A DNA stretch of 44,200 bases from a virus (taxonomy: Duplodnaviria > Caudoviricetes), in IMG/VR virus record IMGVR_UViG_3300046717_000073, positions 1 through 44,200 of that record, one strand, 5' to 3'. Positions 9,543-16,174 of this stretch are shown here, piece after piece (position 1 is the first letter of the stretch; every line of letters starts with the position of its first letter). The position numbers and the translations under genes are program-made. The notes below the pieces were generated by a model. It made no database searches, had not been told where the DNA came from, and saw only the letters and a program-made list of their open reading frames with translations.

Positions 9543-9618
9543 TGGCTGCAAAACAAGGATTCGAACCCTGATCTCTCCCTCGAACGTCGGGAGCGCCCTT
9601 CCGTTGGACCACTTCACA
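9543..9618 (-). ncRNA. tRNA-like RNA with aberrant 9-nt anticodon loop
   Basis: Acceptor, D and T arms plus encoded CCA; CTCCC-GACGTTCGA-GGGAG. Confidence 0.7.
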
Positions 9619-9622
9619 GCAG

Positions 9623-9694
9623 TACGGGTACCAAGAATTGAACTTGGGACTAGACTTTATCAGAGTCTTGTGATTACCATTTCACCACACCCGC
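9623..9694 (-). tRNA. tRNA-Ile(GAT)
   Basis: AGACT-CTGATAA-AGTCT. Confidence 0.9.
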
Positions 9695-9699
9695 ATTAT

Positions 9700-10008
9700 T
9701 TAGTTATGTTCTTTAATCATACCCATAAGTTTGAACTTAGGTATTGCACCTACTTGGTATTCTACTATCTTTCCCTTCTTGAAGAGAAGGAGAGTAGGGA
9801 TACTTGATACATCATACTTCTTAACCGATACAGGATTATCATCTGCGTTGATCTTTACTACTTCCAGCCACTCGTTCTCTGTTGCTATAGATTCTAGCAT
9901 GGGAGCCATCTGCTTGCAAGGACCACACCAGGGAGCCCAGAAGTCAACCAGGACAGGCTTATCGGAAGTCAGAACTTCATCGAAAGTCTCGTCAGTAATA
10001 TCCTGCAT
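9700..10008 (-). CDS. trxA: Thioredoxin
   Basis: VLVDFWAPWCGPCK, SIPTL. Confidence 0.95.
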   Translation of the reverse strand: MQDITDETFDEVLTSDKPVLVDFWAPWCGPCKQMAPMLESIATENEWLEVVKINADDNPVSVKKYDVSSIPTLLLFKKGKIVEYQVGAIPKFKLMGMIKEHN

Positions 10009-10031
10009 TTATTCTCCTTATAGTATCTGCG

Positions 10032-10104
10032 TACTCCTACCGGGATTTGAACCCAGAACCGCCTGTATATAAGACAGGTGCTCTAACCGTTGAGCTATAG
10101 GAGC
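10032..10104 (-). tRNA. tRNA-Ile(TAT)
   Basis: CCTGT-CTTATAT-ACAGG, canonical D and T arms. Confidence 0.88.
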
Positions 10105-10223
10105 ATGTCCCACTAATATAGCAGTTCTGCGAACGTCTGCATAGTCGATCTCTTTTCGCAGCTTACTTAAATCTTTATACAAGATCCTGACTATGCGTAG
10201 TCCTTGTATAGGGTAGTGAGCAT
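10105..10223 (-). ncRNA. Putative kissing-loop structured RNA
   Basis: Closing stem plus two hairpins with 8-nt complementary loops GCATAGTC/GACTATGC. Confidence 0.55.
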
Positions 10224-10231
10224 ACCCTCAG

Positions 10232-10314
10232 CAGAAGATAAAGGAATTGAACCCTCAGGCTTTCACACCTGGCACCGCTTTCAAGGCGGCTTTGTCACCA
10301 TGACGCTATCTTCT
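10232..10314 (-). tRNA. tRNA-Ser(TGA)
   Basis: GCCGC-CTTGAAA-GCGGT, long variable arm. Confidence 0.85.
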
Positions 10315-10318
10315 AAAG

Positions 10319-10404
10319 TGGAAGCGACAGGATTCGAACCTGCGGAGCTGTTACACCCTCCGGTTTAGCAAACCGGTGCACTAGACCAACTATGCGACAC
10401 TTCC
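10319..10404 (-). tRNA. tRNA-Ser(GCT)
   Basis: CCGGT-TTGCTAA-ACCGG, long variable arm. Confidence 0.9.
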
Positions 10405-10489
10405 ATTAGGCAGACATCTAAGTGTTTTAAGGATCTGCCATCTTATCGACAGGGGAACCTATGGGTCTTCACATCTGCCGCGACCCAAG

Positions 10490-10567
10490 AGCACACAGCC
10501 GGATTCGAACCGGTAGCCAATACTTTTGCAGAGTATCTCCGTCGCCATCAGGATTAGGCCCATGTGC
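10490..10567 (-). tRNA. tRNA-Cys(GCA), atypical fold
   Basis: ATACT-CTGCAAA-AGTAT, U73; possible 8/4 acceptor/T stems. Confidence 0.75.
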
Positions 10568-10572
10568 ATAAT

Positions 10573-10767
10573 TCAGTTATAGAAATCCAGATACTCAGCG
10601 GGAAGAGCAGGACTCTCAGATCCATTCGTATAAACAAGCTTGTACTTCTTCTTGAAGAAACCTAAGCGTTGAATAACTACACCACGTCTGCCAGACCAAG
10701 GGCCCCTTACGACAGTTACATGGTCACCTATTGAATATACAATTTCGTGCTTATTGTGCTTACCCAC
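10573..10767 (-). CDS. Small KOW-motif protein
   Basis: IGDHVTVVRGPWSGRRGVV; GAGGAG RBS. Confidence 0.7.
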   Translation of the reverse strand: MGKHNKHEIVYSIGDHVTVVRGPWSGRRGVVIQRLGFFKKKYKLVYTNGSESPALPAEYLDFYN

Positions 10768-10949
10768 TATTTCTCCTCAATAGGATTATGGCTAATCGCA
10801 AAGTTTAGCTAGTAGAATAAGGACACTTTGTACATATCAGTCTAGGTGACTGGCTACCATCTTTATGTACAAGAGGGGCACCAGCCACTAAATTATGTGG
10901 CTTTCCATCTACACACATTTATTTTCCTTAGTTCCTAACGATATACTTG

Positions 10950-11026
10950 TGGATCTGGTGGGATTCGAACCCACGTGTGACAGCATTCCGCATGCGGTTT
11001 TCACCATCATCGTTCCGTTCAGACCC
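10950..11026 (-). ncRNA. Minimal tmRNA-like RNA (tRNA-like domain only)
   Basis: GGGTCTG/CAGATCC-A acceptor with G3-U70, no D stem, GTGGG-TTCGAAT-CCCAC T arm. Confidence 0.6.
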
Positions 11027-11033
11027 ATAGGAA

Positions 11034-11097
11034 GCAGTAAGATATGCGCCATACACCAACGCGCGTACGCGGAATCGAACCGCTCCTTCTTATCTGC
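11034..11097 (-). ncRNA. Circularly permuted tRNA-like RNA (T arm plus closed acceptor-like hairpin)
   Basis: GCAG-A-TAAGA/TCTTA-CTGC closing stem, GCGG-TTCGATT-CCGC, GTACGC/GTGTAT hairpin. Confidence 0.5.
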
Positions 11098-11101
11098 AAC
11101 G

Positions 11102-11172
11102 TACCCAATAACAGAATCGAACTGTTGTCTACGCTTTGTAAGAGCGCCGCTCTCCCATTGAGCTAATCGGGC
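11102..11172 (-). tRNA. tRNA-Val(TAC)
   Basis: GCGCT-CTTACAA-AGCGT. Confidence 0.9.
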
Positions 11173-11195
11173 AGGTGCCCCGAAGGGCTATTTTA

Positions 11196-11375
11196 TTATT
11201 TTCCTGGCTTCTTATGAAAATCATCACGCTTCATATTACGAATCGTAACATCTTCAGGGCCAGGAGTGTCATTCAGCGTAAGAGTATAGTTATCACGTCT
11301 AATTGACCGAACTGTAGCAGGTCTACCTTTGTAATGACCCTTGTCAATAACGACAACATCACCAACAATAATCAT
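11196..11375 (-). CDS. Small KOW-motif protein (59 aa, not in ORF track)
   Basis: MIIVGDVVVIDKGHYKGRPATVRSI...; AGGAG RBS. Confidence 0.7.
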   Translation of the reverse strand: MIIVGDVVVIDKGHYKGRPATVRSIRRDNYTLTLNDTPGPEDVTIRNMKRDDFHKKPGK

Positions 11376-11383
11376 TATAACTC

Positions 11384-11560
11384 CTACTGCTTCTCAAGTT
11401 CTACAGGACGATAAGTACGCTGCATACCCTTAGGGGCAGTAGATTCACCACCAGTAGACTCAACAGCTACAATATTACGGGCTTGGTCAACTCCTACAAC
11501 CTTACCGACAAGACCATCGATAGCATCGACCTTATCGCCAACCTTGAACTTCTTACCCAT
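11384..11560 (-). CDS. Small KOW/SH3-like protein (58 aa, not in ORF track)
   Basis: MGKKFKVGDKVDAIDGLVGKVVGVD...; AAGGAGG RBS. Confidence 0.7.
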   Translation of the reverse strand: MGKKFKVGDKVDAIDGLVGKVVGVDQARNIVAVESTGGESTAPKGMQRTYRPVELEKQ

Positions 11561-11583
11561 TCTATATCCTCCTTATTTGGAAG

Positions 11584-11655
11584 TACCCCTGGCAGGAATC
11601 GAACCCGCATTCTGAGCTTAGAAGGCTCTCGTTCTGTCCATTAAACTACAGAGGC
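11584..11655 (-). tRNA. tRNA-Arg(TCT)
   Basis: GAGC-CTTCTAA-GCTC. Confidence 0.9.
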
Positions 11656-11680
11656 AAATCCGCCCGAAGGCGGGGTAATA

Positions 11681-11824
11681 CTACTTTTCTAGCTTCTTAG
11701 CATCTACTCGAAGAGTAGTAGTGTGATCAATCCACACTTCCTGCTTACCATTCTTGTCCACAGGAGCTACTGTAACACCCTTACCAACACCAGGAACGGT
11801 GACCTTGGTATATGCCTTTGCCAT
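11681..11824 (-). CDS. Small beta-rich protein (47 aa)
   Basis: MAKAYTKVTVPGVGKG... after AAGGAG RBS. Confidence 0.6.
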   Translation of the reverse strand: MAKAYTKVTVPGVGKGVTVAPVDKNGKQEVWIDHTTTLRVDAKKLEK

Positions 11825-11837
11825 TGCTTCTCCTTGG

Positions 11838-12305
11838 TTAGTCCCACCAGTAAGAACTATCATACTTGGAATCTGTGTGGGTGTCCACATCCCAGTACTC
11901 TTCTTCTGTGCAGTGCCCATTATCACGAATCGCGCTGTGCAGTACTTGTCTTACCTTAGAACGCTTGGCACCATTCGTCAAGCGCTTGTACTCCTTGTGA
12001 CTCTTCACATTGGGATAGTACTCAAGCCAGTAATGACAGTTCTTAGCATGTCTCCAACTATAACCACTGATCTCTGGTACGTCAAGATCACAGTCTACTT
12101 GTTCAACATAGCGACCGTAAAGAGGGCGCATATACAGGAACTCGTCATGCCAGTGCCAACCATCCTTGTCAAGAGCACTTCGGTAAACTGGCTCTTCACC
12201 AACCTTTTCACGAATAGTGACAAGGTGATCATGCCTGGCAAAACGAGCCATTCCGGGGTCATTCTTCAGAACCCAGTAAGGTCTGTCTTTACGAGTACGG
12301 GACAT
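11838..12305 (-). CDS. Hypothetical phage protein
   Basis: Start reassigned to MSRTRKDRP after GGGAG. Confidence 0.7.
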   Translation of the reverse strand: MSRTRKDRPYWVLKNDPGMARFARHDHLVTIREKVGEEPVYRSALDKDGWHWHDEFLYMRPLYGRYVEQVDCDLDVPEISGYSWRHAKNCHYWLEYYPNVKSHKEYKRLTNGAKRSKVRQVLHSAIRDNGHCTEEEYWDVDTHTDSKYDSSYWWD

Positions 12306-12451
12306 TTCAACTCCCAAGGTAGTGCTAAAGAAAAAATGTGCTTTGATCCGGAGCACTAACCGACCAGCTTGTATGTACGTGCTGGAACGCACTCTATGAC
12401 CTGCGTGTTTAGATAGGGACAACCCTAGCATAGAACAGTCCTATGTCCCTG

Positions 12452-12523
12452 TAGTTCCAGAGGGACTCGAACCCCCACCAACGGCTTCGTAGGCCGGTAT
12501 GCTGTCCATTACACCATGGAACC
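12452..12523 (-). tRNA. tRNA-Arg(ACG)
   Basis: CGGC-CTACGAA-GCCG. Confidence 0.9.
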
Positions 12524-12527
12524 AAAA

Positions 12528-12677
12528 TTACTGATGTTTCTTCTTATCGTGCTCTACTCTCATATACACAGCTACAGCTCTATAAAAATATCTATCAGAT
12601 ACAAAGGTAGGATTACAAGCGATACAAGAAAATATGTAACGCTTATCGTCACCCTTACCTACTGAAGTTACTGCCAT
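12528..12677 (-). CDS. Small putative zinc-binding protein (49 aa, not in ORF track)
   Basis: CIAC...HDKKKH; TAATG coupling. Confidence 0.5.
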   Translation of the reverse strand: MAVTSVGKGDDKRYIFSCIACNPTFVSDRYFYRAVAVYMRVEHDKKKHQ

Positions 12678-13210
12678 TAATTTCCCCGAACTTGGTCGGC
12701 CAACTTCTTATGACTCTTCAACTTTAGCAGGTACTTAGTCAGACGTCCAGGAGTCACAAGATACGGTGGAAGATCTGTAAGAGTTGCACCTTCTGCATCA
12801 TAATCCTCAGCTACAAGCTGAGAACAGATAAGATGATCAGAATCCTCAACGCGCTTGGCTACACCAGGATGCTTGATATGAAGACGATACAGTGCGATAG
12901 CTAGATAGTCAAGGAAGCTGTAAGGTATGCCCTTCTGGTAAAGGGCTCTGGAAACAATATTATTACGTTGTACTGCTGTGAGAGGAATTAAACCAGTAGA
13001 CCACAGGATAGTTCTACCGTCATACTCAGACAAGTCAGAAACAAGTGCCCCACCAGGCATAGCTTCAACAATCTTTCCGTCACCTACATAAATAAAGGCA
13101 TGCTCATAATTGTGGAAACCATCTCCATTGAGAAACTGACCTAGGCGAATAAGAAAGCCTACGCCACCCTCAATGGATACTAAACCAAAATCACCTGCTA
13201 CTGGTGCCAT
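12677..13210 (-). CDS. Permuted papain-like NlpC/P60 (YiiX/YaeF-type) amidase
   Basis: YEHAFIYVGDGKIVEA precedes PYS and LICSQLVA (His before Cys). Confidence 0.8.
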   Translation of the reverse strand: MAPVAGDFGLVSIEGGVGFLIRLGQFLNGDGFHNYEHAFIYVGDGKIVEAMPGGALVSDLSEYDGRTILWSTGLIPLTAVQRNNIVSRALYQKGIPYSFLDYLAIALYRLHIKHPGVAKRVEDSDHLICSQLVAEDYDAEGATLTDLPPYLVTPGRLTKYLLKLKSHKKLADQVRGN

Positions 13211-13304
13211 ATTTCCTCCGTTAATTTTCCCTACACGTCGCTAACCATCTCCCGTTGGGGGGATCTCCGACTGCCTCAACCTCATCCTACTCCTCGGGAA
13301 AAAG

Positions 13305-13377
13305 TGATCCATCCCGGGCTCGAACCGGGGCCTGTCGAATTAAAAGTTCGCTCTTCTGCCAACTGAAGTAATGGATC
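13305..13377 (-). tRNA. tRNA-Lys(TTT)
   Basis: CGAA-CTTTTAA-TTCG. Confidence 0.88.
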
Positions 13378-13522
13378 ATAAGTGTCCATGCATTAGGGGC
13401 ATTGGCTCCCTCGCATGCCTGCAACCGCATATAGGACTGATATGGTCAGGACAGGTGCGCACGCTGCCTGAATGGGAGGGATCACCGTTCCCCGTCTATC
13501 GAGAATTTTCCCAGCTACACTG

Positions 13523-13605
13523 TGATTCGGGTGGGATTCGAACCCACGTAGGATTTCTCCGGCAGATTAAGAGTCTGCTCCAATTGGCCGCTCTGGCACC
13601 GAATC
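13523..13605 (-). tRNA. tRNA-Lys(CTT) with long variable arm
   Basis: GCAGA-CTCTTAA-TCTGC followed by CGGAGAAATCCTAC. Confidence 0.82.
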
Positions 13606-13701
13606 ATAAATCCCCGTTTATTTTTAAGGGATAAACACTACATTGTTTACCACTGGGAGTCGAACCCCAATATAGCTATCCACAGTTGCAACTATGGGTT
13701 G

Positions 13702-13772
13702 TGGAGCTACGGGGAGTCGAACCCCGATCATGTGCTTGCAAAGCACGCATCCTACCATTGAACGATAGCCCC
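13702..13772 (-). tRNA. tRNA-Ala(TGC)
   Basis: GGGGCTA acceptor with G3-U70, GTGC-TTTGCAA-GCAC. Confidence 0.92.
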
Positions 13773-13827
13773 ATTGTGAGGATTTAACCGATCCTCAGCG
13801 GGTATAACTACCTTACCAGACTAAACC

Positions 13828-15423
13828 CTACTTTGCAACCCAAGGCCATGTCTGTGACTGTCCAGCTTCGATCAGAGGAATCATCTGGAAACCCTTGTCA
13901 GTCAGTCCACCGAAGGTATGACGCTTCTTAGAACCAGACTCACTCTGAGCAACCTTGTACCCTCCAAGGTTCCAAGTGTAGACAGGAACATTAGCAGGTA
14001 CAGAAGCAACAGGATCTCCACCGTAACCATTGTACTGCTCATCAGTGATGATCACAATACGGTCATGATTCTTAAAATTACCATTGACAGCTGCGCGAGT
14101 ATCAGTTCCACCCATGTCCTTGAACTTACTCAACATAGGAAGAACAGACTGACCCTTACGGAAACTCACAGTAGCATAAGGCTTGCTGCCGCCCCAAGCA
14201 GAACCAAACTGTACCAGATCTGCATCCTCGGCACGAAGTGCTAGTGCAGAACCAAAGATAGCAGCTGTGTCAGCTCGGTCAAGTCCCTGACTTCCCCCAC
14301 TAGAAGTAAACATGGAACCAGAACGGTCAACCAGAATCAGTGTACGTCCCTTCAGAGAAGGTACATTGCTCAGAGAAGCCTCAAGGGCAGTCTCAAGGGT
14401 CGCAGCAATCTGAAGAGTATCCTTATTGGCCTGGTAGGCAGCAAGGAATCGGAAGGGGAACTGCTTGCTCTTGGCAACCTGCGCGGGATCAGCAAGCTTT
14501 GCAAGAACACTCTGCATCACTGGGACACTGATTCGGGCATCCTGGAAGTTTCTCAAGTTTCTAAGAAGTGCCATATATCCCATGGAAGGAATAACAGCTT
14601 CCCAGGCGACAGCATCCATAGGACCCTGAAGCCATCCGGACAATGCTTCCCAAGTCATTCCAGCATCCTGGAAAAGCTGTCCGTCCCTGTTGTTGACAAG
14701 GGTAGAACGACGAACCTCTACAGTGAAGTTATTAAGCATTTCACGAGTAGAAATCATTGGAAGTTCCTTAGGCGCATCCCAAGGAGAATTACCATAACGA
14801 CGATCCAAAGCATACTTGAACAGAGCATTCTGCTTAGGGTTAGCGGCCTTGGCATGAGTCAACTGAAGAACATCCGCGAAACGGTAGCCCACAGAAGTAT
14901 CGTACTTAAGGAGGCTGTACTCGGTGTACAGCTTCTTGGAAGCATCCGCAACACCCTTCTTAACGGCCGCAGGAAGGCTTCTGCCGTACTTTGACACCCA
15001 GTAAGCAAGGAACTCCCCAGGCTCGTCTGCACGGGCCATAGAAGCCAAAATAAAGCGTCGTGGCCAGTTAGTACCAGACTCACGAACGTTCTTGATCAGC
15101 AGTGCCGCCTTGGCACCTTCAGCCGCAGCCACGATGGACGCAGAACGCATGAAAGCCTCATTACGCAACCATCCCAGAAATCCTTCGAACCACTGAGGAT
15201 TATCCACAGCAACCGTACGACACAGGTCACTGAATCGGTCATCACGGTTCTTGGCATTCTCGTAGAACGTATCCTGACCAACAAAGTTGGAAACTGCCAG
15301 CAAGAACAGCTCAGACTGCTTAGTGCGCTCAAAACCTGCCTTGAAGTCAGCATTCAGCGCTGCCTTAGTAGTCTTGACAGGAGAAGTAGTACCCGTCTTC
15401 TTTACCTGATTGAACTTTGCCAT
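13828..15423 (-). CDS. rsr: Ro60/Rsr-like TROVE-domain RNA-binding protein
   Basis: TROVE repeats (MGYMALLRNLRN, PFRFLAAY) and vWA MIDAS DRSGSM...GGTD...IITDEQ. Confidence 0.92.
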   Translation of the reverse strand: MAKFNQVKKTGTTSPVKTTKAALNADFKAGFERTKQSELFLLAVSNFVGQDTFYENAKNRDDRFSDLCRTVAVDNPQWFEGFLGWLRNEAFMRSASIVAAAEGAKAALLIKNVRESGTNWPRRFILASMARADEPGEFLAYWVSKYGRSLPAAVKKGVADASKKLYTEYSLLKYDTSVGYRFADVLQLTHAKAANPKQNALFKYALDRRYGNSPWDAPKELPMISTREMLNNFTVEVRRSTLVNNRDGQLFQDAGMTWEALSGWLQGPMDAVAWEAVIPSMGYMALLRNLRNFQDARISVPVMQSVLAKLADPAQVAKSKQFPFRFLAAYQANKDTLQIAATLETALEASLSNVPSLKGRTLILVDRSGSMFTSSGGSQGLDRADTAAIFGSALALRAEDADLVQFGSAWGGSKPYATVSFRKGQSVLPMLSKFKDMGGTDTRAAVNGNFKNHDRIVIITDEQYNGYGGDPVASVPANVPVYTWNLGGYKVAQSESGSKKRHTFGGLTDKGFQMIPLIEAGQSQTWPWVAK

Positions 15424-15458
15424 TACTGCCTCCTTGTAGTGTGGTACGTTATAAAGTC

Positions 15459-15499
15459 AAAAATAATCCCCTAAAGTGCACTTACGTGGACCTAGGGGA
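15459..15499 (-). terminator. Terminator-like hairpin between Y RNAs and rsr
   Basis: TCCCCTAGG...TTTAGGGGA followed by TTATTTTT. Confidence 0.5.
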
Positions 15500-15511
15500 G
15501 AATTAAAAATA

Positions 15512-15620
15512 AGTTCCTAGAAAAAACGGTGTGAGGTATATAGGCGCCATGCCTTAAGGGGATTCGAACCCCATGGGTTTCATATCAATTGAAGTAACCC
15601 CGTACCTTCGCATCGGAACT
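15512..15620 (-). ncRNA. Y-RNA-like RNA 3 (T-arm insert)
   Basis: AGTTCC/GGAACT terminal stem, CGATGCG, TACTTCA, TTTCTAG motifs, GGGG-TTCGAAT-CCCC. Confidence 0.75.
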
Positions 15621-15628
15621 AAAAAACA

Positions 15629-15703
15629 TACCCTAGAAAAAACGCCTACAGTGCTTTTTGATTACCAATTAATGTGAAGTAACTGTTGGCTACGCATCGG
15701 GTA
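15629..15703 (-). ncRNA. Y-RNA-like RNA 2 (minimal, AU-rich loop)
   Basis: TACCC/GGGTA stem with the same three motifs, no tRNA domain. Confidence 0.7.
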
Positions 15704-15735
15704 AAACTTATTAAGTTATAGAGCCTAAAAATAAA

Positions 15736-15875
15736 GACAGCTAGAAATAGACGATAAAAGTTATTTATGACCGCTGCTCTGCCCCTGAGCTATCAACCAT
15801 AGAATTGGCTGAGAAGGATTCGAACCTCCGACAAGCGGTTCCCTTTGAAGTATCTCTTATCTACGCATCGCTGTC
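15736..15875 (-). ncRNA. yrlA: YrlA-type Y RNA (permuted tRNA-like domain)
   Basis: GACAGC/GCTGTC stem; T arm GGAGG-TTCGAAT-CCTTC, closed acceptor TCAGCCA/TGGTTGA, D arm GCTC-AGGGGCA-GAGC; adjacent to rsr. Confidence 0.85.
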
Positions 15876-15943
15876 AAACTTAATAGATCCAGGCTCGGTT
15901 TCGACGTATCGCAAGATACCCTTGACAGCGTTCAGGATCTAAG

Positions 15944-16015
15944 CTCCCACAGCTGGATTCGAACCAACAACATCCTGATTAACAGTCAGGCGCTCTGCCG
16001 TTGAGCTATGCGGGA
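15944..16015 (-). tRNA. tRNA-Asn(GTT)
   Basis: CCTGA-CTGTTAA-TCAGG. Confidence 0.92.
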
Positions 16016-16087
16016 ATAAACTCTACCCACAAGGAGTAGAGCCATCTATCAATATAGTACTCGAAGGTTATTTTCCTATATTGAGAG

Positions 16088-16158
16088 CATGTCCTGTAGG
16101 AATCGAACCCACGCTTAGAGGTTTGGAATCTCTAGTACTACCATTATACGAAGGACAT
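16088..16158 (-). tRNA. tRNA-Trp(CCA)
   Basis: AGAGA-TTCCAAA-CCTCT. Confidence 0.88.
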
Positions 16159-16174
16159 ATAGCCCGAAGGCTTT

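Noticed and set aside
9257-9807. Several 60-104 aa ORFs on both strands
   Set aside because: They overlap clear tRNA genes
11754-12359. 201-aa + strand ORF
   Set aside because: Antisense to RBS-supported - strand genes in a uniformly - strand region
13381-13521. Cobalamin riboswitch (GGGAA..GGTG resemblance)
   Set aside because: No B12-box or other core motifs, and it lies between tRNAs rather than before a CDS
15512-15875. CRISPR-like or simple tandem repeat reading of the recurring motifs
   Set aside because: Conserved parts are short, split and nested in covarying stems; no cas genes; fits structured RNAs
15885-15940. Hammerhead or HDV-like (theta) ribozyme after tRNA-Asn
   Set aside because: No CUGANGA core and I could not build the nested double pseudoknot
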